Below, piece by piece: positions 1 to 7,313 of a stretch of 13,548 bases of DNA. How positions within the stretch are numbered: position 1 is the first letter of the stretch; each line of letters begins with the position of its first letter. The notes beneath the pieces were generated by a model. It ran no database searches, had not been told where the DNA came from, and saw nothing but the letters and a program-made list of their open reading frames with translations. Source of the stretch: an uncultured Lachnoclostridium sp. (GTDB taxonomy: Bacteria > Bacillota > Clostridia > Lachnospirales > Lachnospiraceae); contig CAZYUZ010000033.1 of the NCBI GenBank assembly GCA_964650775.1, forward strand, positions 1 through 13,548. The letters run 5' to 3'. The translations under genes were made by a program, and so were the position numbers.

Positions 1-817
<817 letters not shown>

Positions 818-868
818 TCATTTATGTAGGGTATTTACCCAGTAAAGCGAATCTCATCGCTTTGCTAT

Positions 869-1429
869 TTAGTTGAACTCTGGTTCGTAATCATCGTAAT
901 ATACGAGTTTTCCAGTTTCGTCAAATGTTTTATCTGGTACTTTTACGTCGAAGGTACCACGAGAAAGTCCTGTAAGACCTGTTCTTGCAAGCTCAAGGAT
1001 TTCGTATCCATCTAACATATTGATAAAAGCTTCCAGTTTTGACTGGTTACCTGTCAGCTCAATCACCAACGATTCTTTTGCTACGTCAATGATGTTCGCT
1101 CTGAAAATATTTGCTACTGAGATAACTTCCTGACGGTCATCTGCATTTGCTGCAATTTTCAGTAATAAAAGTTCTCTGCATACAGAAGATCCTGCATCCA
1201 GTCTCTTGATATCCAGAACATCTTCCAGTTTCATTAACTGTGCTTCAATCTGTCCTAAGACCTGATCATCTCCAGTAGATACGATGGTCGCTCTGGAAAA
1301 CCTTGGGTCTGCAGTTGTTCCTACAGTTAAGCTGTCAATGTTGTAGCCTCGTCTGGTGAAGAGACCTGCAATTCGACTTAACATACCGGCAGTATTTGCC
1401 ATTAAGATTGAAAATACAACTTTTTTCAT
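869..1429 (-). CDS. ilvN: Acetolactate synthase small (regulatory) subunit, ACT-domain protein
   Basis: 186-aa ORF MKKVVFSILMANTAGMLSRIAGLFTRRGYNIDSLTVG... is the typical IlvN/IlvH ACT-domain N-terminus. It lies immediately upstream of ilvC on the same strand. RBS AGGGTGA sits 4-5 nt before the ATG. Confidence 0.85.
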   Translation of the reverse strand: MKKVVFSILMANTAGMLSRIAGLFTRRGYNIDSLTVGTTADPRFSRATIVSTGDDQVLGQIEAQLMKLEDVLDIKRLDAGSSVCRELLLLKIAANADDRQEVISVANIFRANIIDVAKESLVIELTGNQSKLEAFINMLDGYEILELARTGLTGLSRGTFDVKVPDKTFDETGKLVYYDDYEPEFN

Positions 1430-1452
1430 AATATCACCCTTGTTTTTTCTTG

Positions 1453-1481
1453 TTCACAATTTTAACGTGGTAAATTGTGAA
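1453..1481 (-). promoter_or_regulatory. Perfect 10-bp inverted repeat TTCACAATTT-N9-AAATTGTGAA in the 89-nt ilvN leader. Candidate operator or leader hairpin
   Basis: Read directly: 1453-1462 is the exact reverse complement of 1472-1481. The right arm plus flank (1471-1485) matches the CodY consensus AATTTTCWGAAAATT at only about 10 of 15 positions. Confidence 0.3.
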
Positions 1482-1518
1482 AATGCTGTTCTTATATTAA
1501 CAATTTAATAGTTCAATG

Positions 1519-2391
1519 TCAACAAAAATTATTACACATTTTTTCAATATATTGTGGGGTTGTACCACAACAGCCACCTAATACGCTTGCTCCAGCATCT
1601 TTCAGCTCTTTCATGCAACGTGCAAATTCTTCTTCATCCATGTTATAATGCGCCTGACCAAGCTCATCAATCTGCGGAACTCCGGCGTTTGGCTTCACAA
1701 GAACAGGAATTGAAAGATTTTCCTTTAAGTTCTTTACAATTGCCATCAACTGATTTGGTCCAACAGAACAGTTGACTCCGACAGCATCTGCTCCCATCTC
1801 CTGAAGTGCCATCGCAGCATCTACCACATTTCCTCCAAAATACAGTCTGCCATCACCTTCACAGGTAAAAGACAGCGTCAATGGAAGATCACATACCTCT
1901 GCCGCCGCATCACAGATTACCATTGCTTCTTCTAAAGAAAGTAAGGTTTCTGCCGCAAGATAATCCACACCAGCTTCTACAAGATAACGAATCTGTTCTT
2001 TATAATTTTCCAAAAGTACTTCATACGTCATTGTACCAATCGGCTCCAATGGCTGACTTGTTGTACTCAAATCGCCTGCCACCAATGCTCTGTCGCCCAC
2101 TGCAGCTTTTGATATTTTTACATTTTCAATATTAAGTCTTCTAACTTCATCTTCCAGTCCTACATTTTTCAGACTGATACGATTTGCCATAAAAGTCGGT
2201 GCATAAACCACCATACTCCCAGCATCCACATAGGCTTTTTGAAGTTTCTGAATCACTTCCGGATGCTCATTAACCCATTGTTCGGTACAAACACCTGCTG
2301 GCATTCCCATCAGCCTTAAATTTGATCCTGTTGCACCATCCAAAATCAATGGTCCTTTGTTTAAGAGGTTTCTAAATTCCTGTTTTGTCAT
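1519..2391 (-). CDS. Homocysteine S-methyltransferase family protein (stand-alone Hcy-binding domain, MmuM/MetH-N-terminal-like)
   Basis: 290-aa ORF with the diagnostic Zn/Hcy-binding motifs ...VGVNCSVGP... and ...GGCCGTTPQYI... of the PF02574 family. RBS GGAGG is 5 nt before the ATG. Only 34 nt separate it from the upstream ATPase gene. Confidence 0.8.
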   Translation of the reverse strand: MTKQEFRNLLNKGPLILDGATGSNLRLMGMPAGVCTEQWVNEHPEVIQKLQKAYVDAGSMVVYAPTFMANRISLKNVGLEDEVRRLNIENVKISKAAVGDRALVAGDLSTTSQPLEPIGTMTYEVLLENYKEQIRYLVEAGVDYLAAETLLSLEEAMVICDAAAEVCDLPLTLSFTCEGDGRLYFGGNVVDAAMALQEMGADAVGVNCSVGPNQLMAIVKNLKENLSIPVLVKPNAGVPQIDELGQAHYNMDEEEFARCMKELKDAGASVLGGCCGTTPQYIEKMCNNFC

Positions 2392-2425
2392 AAATGCCTC
2401 CGTGTAATATCAGAAAATTTCTGCG

Positions 2426-3220
2426 CTATGCCAGCATCATTCGGTCGTTTGCAAATTCTCCGCCGCTTGCCTGCTCGAATTTTTCAAGCAGATCCTTAAC
2501 TGTTAATTTTGCTTTTTCTTCGCCTTCCGCATCAAAAATGATATGTCCTTCATGCATCATGATTATGCGGTTTCCATGGCGAAGGGCATCTTTCATATTA
2601 TGAGTGATCATCAATGTTGTCAGATTATTTTCTGTAACGATCTTATCTGTAATTTCAAGCACTGTTTTCGCTGTTTTCGGGTCAAGAGCTGCTGTATGCT
2701 CATCTAAAAGCAACAGATGCGGGCTCTTTAAGGTTGCCATCAGAAGTGTTAATGCCTGACGCTGACCACCAGAGAGGAGCCCAACTTTAGAAGTCAGTCG
2801 ATCCTCTAACCCCAGATTCAGCTGTTTTAACATTTCTCTGTACTGCTCTCTTTCTTTTGCAGTAATACCGATTTTTAGACCTCTCGCAAGACCACGACGT
2901 GCAGCAAGTGCAAGATTTTCTTCAATCTGCATGGTAGCTGCTGTACCAGTCATTGGATCCTGGAAAACACGTCCAAGATATTTCGCTCTTTTATATTCAG
3001 GAAGACGTGTAACATCTTCTCCATTAATCTTAATCTGACCTCCATCTACAGGATAAACACCTGCGACGATATTTAACATGGTTGATTTTCCTGCACCATT
3101 TCCTCCGATGACTGTTACGAAATCGCCTTCCTTCAGAGTAAGGTTCAGTCCATTTAACGCCTTCTTTTCATTCACAGTACCATGATTAAATACTTTTGAG
3201 ACATTTTTAATTTCCAGCAT
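2426..3220 (-). CDS. ABC transporter ATP-binding protein (partner of the PF04392-type binding protein; KEGG-style 'putative ABC transport system' ATPase)
   Basis: 264-aa ORF with Walker A GGNGAGKST, ABC signature LSGGQRQ and Walker B LLLLDE. RBS AAGGAGG is 8 nt before the ATG. It starts 20 nt after the permease stop. Confidence 0.9.
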   Translation of the reverse strand: MLEIKNVSKVFNHGTVNEKKALNGLNLTLKEGDFVTVIGGNGAGKSTMLNIVAGVYPVDGGQIKINGEDVTRLPEYKRAKYLGRVFQDPMTGTAATMQIEENLALAARRGLARGLKIGITAKEREQYREMLKQLNLGLEDRLTSKVGLLSGGQRQALTLLMATLKSPHLLLLDEHTAALDPKTAKTVLEITDKIVTENNLTTLMITHNMKDALRHGNRIIMMHEGHIIFDAEGEEKAKLTVKDLLEKFEQASGGEFANDRMMLA

Positions 3221-3240
3221 TGGCTTTTCCTCCTTTTCCT

Positions 3241-4143
3241 TTACATTGCTCTTCTTGGCATTTTACTCTTCCAGAAAGGAACCGCCAGGAAAATTGCCAC
3301 GACAAGTGCAGAAAGGAGCTTCAAAAGGTTCGCATCAAGACCGAGGGTAATAACCGCCTGCACTACAATATAATAAATTATCGAACCAAGTACTACCGAA
3401 ACAAGCTTCAGTGCAAAGTTCTTGAAAATCTTGCTGAAAACTGCCTCTCCGATGATGACAGCTGCAAGCCCGATAACGATTGCACCACGCCCCATGTTTA
3501 CATCGGCAAAGCCCTGATACTGGGAAAGCAATGCTCCTGAAAAAGCAACCAGACCATTGGAAAGCATCAAACCTAATACTTTGTTGAAATTTGTATTGAT
3601 ACCCTGCGCACGGCTCATATTGAGATTTGCGCCAGTCGCACGAATACCGCATCCCATTTCTGTTCCAAAGAACCAATAGAGAAGTGCAATCACCACGATA
3701 GTGATTACTCCTACAGTAATTAACGGATTATGAAATGCAAATTCTTTTACCCATCGAAGTGAAATCAATAAATCTGTATTGTTAACATTTACAGACTGGT
3801 TCGCTTTGCCCATAATCTTTAAGTTGATAGAATACAATCCCAACTGGGAAAGAATTCCCGCCAAAATCGCCGGGATTCCCATAAAAATATGAAAAATTCC
3901 TGTCACTGCGCCTGTTGCTGCACCTGCCAAAAATGCCATGAGCACAGATACCCACAGGTTCCATCCATTTAAGATACACATAACACCTACGGCTCCACCT
4001 GTGGCAAAAGAACCATCTACAGTCAGATCCGCAATATCAAGAATTCGATATGTAATATAAACACCGATTGCCATGATTCCCCAAATCAAACCTTGCGAAA
4101 CTGCCCCTGGCAAAGCACCTAATAATTGGCCTAAAACTTCCAT
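3241..4143 (-). CDS. ABC transporter permease (BPD_transp_2/branched-chain-like fold; partner of PF04392 binding protein)
   Basis: 300-aa highly hydrophobic ORF with about 8-9 predicted TM segments. It lies between the binding-protein and ATPase genes. RBS GGAGAAG precedes the ATG. Confidence 0.85.
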   Translation of the reverse strand: MEVLGQLLGALPGAVSQGLIWGIMAIGVYITYRILDIADLTVDGSFATGGAVGVMCILNGWNLWVSVLMAFLAGAATGAVTGIFHIFMGIPAILAGILSQLGLYSINLKIMGKANQSVNVNNTDLLISLRWVKEFAFHNPLITVGVITIVVIALLYWFFGTEMGCGIRATGANLNMSRAQGINTNFNKVLGLMLSNGLVAFSGALLSQYQGFADVNMGRGAIVIGLAAVIIGEAVFSKIFKNFALKLVSVVLGSIIYYIVVQAVITLGLDANLLKLLSALVVAIFLAVPFWKSKMPRRAM

Positions 4144-4179
4144 TTTTATCTTCTCCTAATAATTTCTATATACTTACTA

Positions 4180-4216
4180 CGAAAAATCAAGGGAGAATTT
4201 GAACCATTCTCCCTTG
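4180..4216 (-). terminator. Intercistronic terminator-like hairpin between the binding-protein and permease genes (partial terminator or attenuator)
   Basis: Minus-sense mRNA reads CAAGGGAGAAU-GGUUCAA-AUUCUCCCUUG followed by AUUUUUCG. That is a perfect 11-bp stem with a 7-nt loop and a U5 tract, starting 27 nt after the binding-protein stop codon. Confidence 0.5.
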
Positions 4217-4243
4217 CTGAAAACGTTTTATATTTAATTTCTA

Positions 4244-5257
4244 TTATTCAATCGCTGCATATCCATCAACTGGTGCAATTCCTAATGCATCACAAATTGC
4301 TGCATTGTATTTTGGAGTTGTTGTTGTGTATTCGATTGGCATTGTAGAAATGTCAGCACCTTCTGTAAGAATTTTCACTGCCATCTGTCCTGTTGTATAA
4401 CCAAGGTCATAGTAGCTGATAGAAAGTGTTGCAACACCACATCCGCTGCAGATTCCTTCTTCACCTGCGATTACCGGTACGCCTGCCGGCTGACAGATAG
4501 AATCAATGATTCCTGTGTTTGCTGCTACTGTGTTATCAGTTGGAACATAGATTACATCACTGTTGTCTGCAGCTGTTGTAACAACAGAAGCTAAATCGTT
4601 TGAATCAGAGAAAGAATATAAAGTTGCTGTAAGTCCAGCTGCTTCTAATTCTGCTTTTACTACGTCAACCTGATACTGGCTGTTTGCTTCAGCTGAACAA
4701 TAAACAAGTCCTACTGTTTTTGCATCTGGGAACCATTCTGTGATCATAGCTGCCTGTTCATCAAGTGGAGCCAAGTCAGATGTTCCGGAAATATTTCCGC
4801 CTACTGTACCATTAAAGTCTTCGATTGCAAGTGCAACACCATATTCAGTAACGGATGTTCCAAGGATTGGAATATCTCCTGTTGCTGCAGCTGCTGCCTG
4901 AAGTGCTGGTGTAGCATTTGCCATAATCAGATCCACACCATCAGAAACAAACTGATTTGCGATTGTGGAACATGTGTTAGGGTCATTCTGACCATTCTGT
5001 AAGTCAAATTCTACCGCATCTTCACCAAGTGCATCAACGATTGCCTGCTGGAAGCCTTCTGTTGCTGCATCTAATGCAACGTGTTCTACCAACTGAACAA
5101 TACCGATTTTGAAAACTTCACCATCAGCTGCAACTTCCTCAGCTGGTTCTTCAGTCACTGCAGATTCTGCTGCTGGTTCTTCTGTTGCGGAACCGCCACA
5201 TGCTACTAAGCTAAGTGTCAGTGCCATTGTCATCATGAGTGCTAATAACTTTTTCAT
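4244..5257 (-). CDS. ABC transporter substrate-binding lipoprotein (PF04392 'ABC transporter substrate-binding protein' family; substrate unknown)
   Basis: The ORF has a lipoprotein signal MKKLLALMMTMALTLSLVAC-GG (lipobox LVAC). The mature domain has periplasmic-binding-protein character. The start was chosen at ATG 5257 (MKKLL) because RBS AAGGTGGG lies 5 nt upstream. The ORF-track start at 5281 (MNEEKVGI...) has no RBS. Confidence 0.85.
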   Translation of the reverse strand: MKKLLALMMTMALTLSLVACGGSATEEPAAESAVTEEPAEEVAADGEVFKIGIVQLVEHVALDAATEGFQQAIVDALGEDAVEFDLQNGQNDPNTCSTIANQFVSDGVDLIMANATPALQAAAAATGDIPILGTSVTEYGVALAIEDFNGTVGGNISGTSDLAPLDEQAAMITEWFPDAKTVGLVYCSAEANSQYQVDVVKAELEAAGLTATLYSFSDSNDLASVVTTAADNSDVIYVPTDNTVAANTGIIDSICQPAGVPVIAGEEGICSGCGVATLSISYYDLGYTTGQMAVKILTEGADISTMPIEYTTTTPKYNAAICDALGIAPVDGYAAIE

Positions 5258-5297
5258 AATACCCACCTTTTCTTCATTCATATATCCTAGTATTCTT

Positions 5298-5331
5298 TAG
5301 CACTTCAACGCTTTTACGCGTTGAAGTGCTA
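5298..5331 (-). other. Perfect 14-bp stem / 6-nt loop hairpin at the extreme 5' end of the ABC-operon transcript (5'-UTR stabiliser or palindromic operator)
   Basis: 5298-5311 (tagcacttcaacgc) is the exact reverse complement of 5318-5331; the loop is TTTTAC. No U-tract follows on either strand, so it is not an intrinsic terminator. It lies 4-10 nt downstream of the predicted TSS. Confidence 0.5.
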
Positions 5332-5341
5332 CATGTTTCAC

Positions 5342-5370
5342 ATAATACACCTATTCATGAATTAAGTCAA
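5342..5370 (-). promoter_or_regulatory. Sigma-A-type promoter for the ABC transporter operon: -35 TTGACT, 17-nt spacer, -10 TATTAT (minus-sense)
   Basis: The reverse complement of 5365-5370 is TTGACT and of 5342-5347 is TATTAT, with an exact 17-nt spacer. It sits in the 155-nt gap between the TPM gene stop and the binding-protein start. Confidence 0.5.
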
Positions 5371-5412
5371 GTAGATTTATGCAACTTTTTAAACTTTTTA
5401 GAATTTCCCTTT

Positions 5413-6252
5413 TTAGAACTTTCTTCCACCACCACCATGGCTTCTTCCGCTGGAAGAACGATGTACGGAGCTTCTGCTGCCTCCACCGCTGCTTCTGCCA
5501 GAACTTTCGTTATTTCTTGGAATCCTACGGTGTGTCACAAACTTGTTGACCAGTTGATCTGATTTAACAGAAAGCTGAACATCGGAATCCGTATAAGCAT
5601 CATAGTGAAAATCCTCAAATTTCAGCTGATATTTCGCCTTGATGACACTGATGGTAATTCCTGCCGGAATCAGCGCAACTACCAGAGCAAATAAAAATTC
5701 GCCAAAAGTAATGCGCTTTGGTTCCTGGTAATAATCAATCTCACCAGCTTCTACATCATATTTATACTGATTTTCCGGAATTCCCCGATTCAGATAATAA
5801 TCCGTTTCATCAAAGAACGCGACAAACGTGCCGTAATAATCTCCATCAGCTACATATTCAAATGCTTCATCAAAAATATTGTCCACTCTTTCATCTGTCA
5901 GATACCGAATCGCAAGTCCGTAGGTAGAAAGATAAATTTCCCGATTGTCCATATCAATCAGATAAAGTATTCCGTCTTCTTCCGAATCATCAGGGAACTG
6001 TGCATCATAGAAGTCATCTGCGTACTCCTTAGCACTTTTTCCTTCTGCATCATCCGTCGTGACCACAAGGAAATTCATATTCCATTGTTCCGCGTGTTTT
6101 GTTGCCAGATTTTGCAGATATTCTTCCTCTTGCACAGTGAGCAGATCTGCATGGTCATACACATAATTTTCTTCTGCTGAAACATTCATCGCCGCAACCA
6201 GTCCGGCGCACAAACATACCGCTGTCATAAATACTCTAATTCTCTTCATCAT
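5413..6252 (-). CDS. TPM-domain (TLP18.3/Psb32/MOLO-1, UPF0603/YgcG-like) membrane protein with a C-terminal Gly/Ser/Arg-rich tail; YdjH-like
   Basis: 279-aa ORF with signal peptide MMKRIRVFMTAVCLCAGLVAAMNVSA, a TPM-like domain (…YVYDHADLLT…FLVVTTDD…GILYLIDMDNREIYLSTYG…), a TM helix FLFALVVALIPAGITISVI and a tail SSGRSSGGGSRSS…GGGGRKF. RBS GGAGGG is 8 nt before ATGATG. The start overlaps the upstream stop (ATGATGA). Confidence 0.8.
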   Translation of the reverse strand: MMKRIRVFMTAVCLCAGLVAAMNVSAEENYVYDHADLLTVQEEEYLQNLATKHAEQWNMNFLVVTTDDAEGKSAKEYADDFYDAQFPDDSEEDGILYLIDMDNREIYLSTYGLAIRYLTDERVDNIFDEAFEYVADGDYYGTFVAFFDETDYYLNRGIPENQYKYDVEAGEIDYYQEPKRITFGEFLFALVVALIPAGITISVIKAKYQLKFEDFHYDAYTDSDVQLSVKSDQLVNKFVTHRRIPRNNESSGRSSGGGSRSSVHRSSSGRSHGGGGRKF

Positions 6253-7313
6253 AACAGCAGCCCTCCGATCATAAGCACAACAAACATTGCTGCAAAGATG
6301 ATTGCACCAAGACCAAATAATTTTTTGTTATCGATTGGAAGCTTTCCGACAATTTCGCCGGTCTGTCCATTCATTGCAAAATAATAAACCTGATTACCAC
6401 TCTGTCTGTAGGTTAATACCCACACCGGCAGTAATGTGTACTTAAAATTCTCTTCTGCAATTGTATGATTCTGACTTTCCACCGAAAAGCTGTTGCGTCC
6501 GGTAATCGTATCGCGCATACGTTTTTCTGCAAATTTTTGAATTTCCTGTCGAATTTCTGCACTTAAGGACTCTTTATCGATATCCCTCTTTTCTGCCTGA
6601 AAACCGGACAAATATCCCATATGAAATTTTTCCATTGCACCGAATTCATATGGAAAAATTCCTTTTAACATGGCATTCTGCGCTTTCTGGAGTGCAGTTT
6701 TGGGCAAATGTTTAAATGTCACTTTTCCTGCACGCCTGATTGCAAAAATCTTTGTTTCTGTATATTCGATATCTCCGACACGCCAGATTCGGATGTCTCT
6801 TGCCGTACCATTCATATAGCTGTCGGTTTCACAGCCATATAGCCAGTATGGGAAATAAACACCACTCATTTTTTCAATCTGACTTTTCGAATAGAATCCT
6901 GAAGGAACGAATTTCTTTTTTTGAATCCATTCCTGAAATTTTTGGATTGCTTCGTCTTTTGTAATTTTAAACGGAACGATACCATCCGGCAGATATTCTC
7001 CCTCTAACCTGCCCGCCAATACAATCGGATTGTGGCAATAAAAGCAAAAGGTTGCCGCTGTCGTTTCATCCGTAATAATTTCTGCTCCACAACTTGGACA
7101 GTGATAAATCACTGCACTCTGCTGTGAGTCTGTACTCTCTGTAGTTTCTTCCTGTGCTTCTTCTGACTGAACAGTTTCTGCAGACTGAGAATCTGCTACA
7201 AGTTCCTCCTGTGTAAACTTTGAGAGACAATACTCGCAAGCATAAGTGCCGGATTCCGGGTCAAAGACCAGACCACCATCACAATTCGGACACTTATATG
7301 TAATTGCTGACAT
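6249..7313 (-). CDS. Double zinc-ribbon protein with C-terminal transmembrane anchor, function unknown; YdjG-like
   Basis: Two CxxC…CxxC ribbons (CPNC…CEYC and CPSC…CFYC) are separated by an acidic low-complexity linker. A central ~230-aa domain follows, then a terminal TM helix LFGLGAIIFAAMFVVLMIGGLLL. The start was chosen at ATG 7311-7313 (MSAITYKCPNC) because it overlaps the upstream TAA stop as TAATG. The ORF-track start at 7334 lies inside the upstream gene. Confidence 0.7.
   Translation of the reverse strand: MSAITYKCPNCDGGLVFDPESGTYACEYCLSKFTQEELVADSQSAETVQSEEAQEETTESTDSQQSAVIYHCPSCGAEIITDETTAATFCFYCHNPIVLAGRLEGEYLPDGIVPFKITKDEAIQKFQEWIQKKKFVPSGFYSKSQIEKMSGVYFPYWLYGCETDSYMNGTARDIRIWRVGDIEYTETKIFAIRRAGKVTFKHLPKTALQKAQNAMLKGIFPYEFGAMEKFHMGYLSGFQAEKRDIDKESLSAEIRQEIQKFAEKRMRDTITGRNSFSVESQNHTIAEENFKYTLLPVWVLTYRQSGNQVYYFAMNGQTGEIVGKLPIDNKKLFGLGAIIFAAMFVVLMIGGLLL

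Noticed and set aside
2411-2423. 13-bp palindrome CAGAAA-A-TTTCTG between the ATPase and methyltransferase genes, as a possible CodY box
   Set aside because: It is a permuted rather than true match to AATTTTCWGAAAATT, and very short. Most likely it is a chance or spacer sequence next to the RBS.
5257-5281. Longer binding-protein start MNEEKVGIMKKLL at 5281
   Set aside because: No RBS upstream of 5281. ATG 5257 has AAGGTGGG-N5 and begins a canonical lipoprotein signal peptide directly.
5258-5412. Possible T-box or SAM (S-box) riboswitch in the ABC-operon leader, given proposed amino-acid or methionine-related substrates
   Set aside because: The predicted 5' UTR is only about 90 nt. It consists of a single perfect hairpin, with no specifier/T-box motifs and no S-box conserved blocks. 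That is too short and too simple for either riboswitch class.
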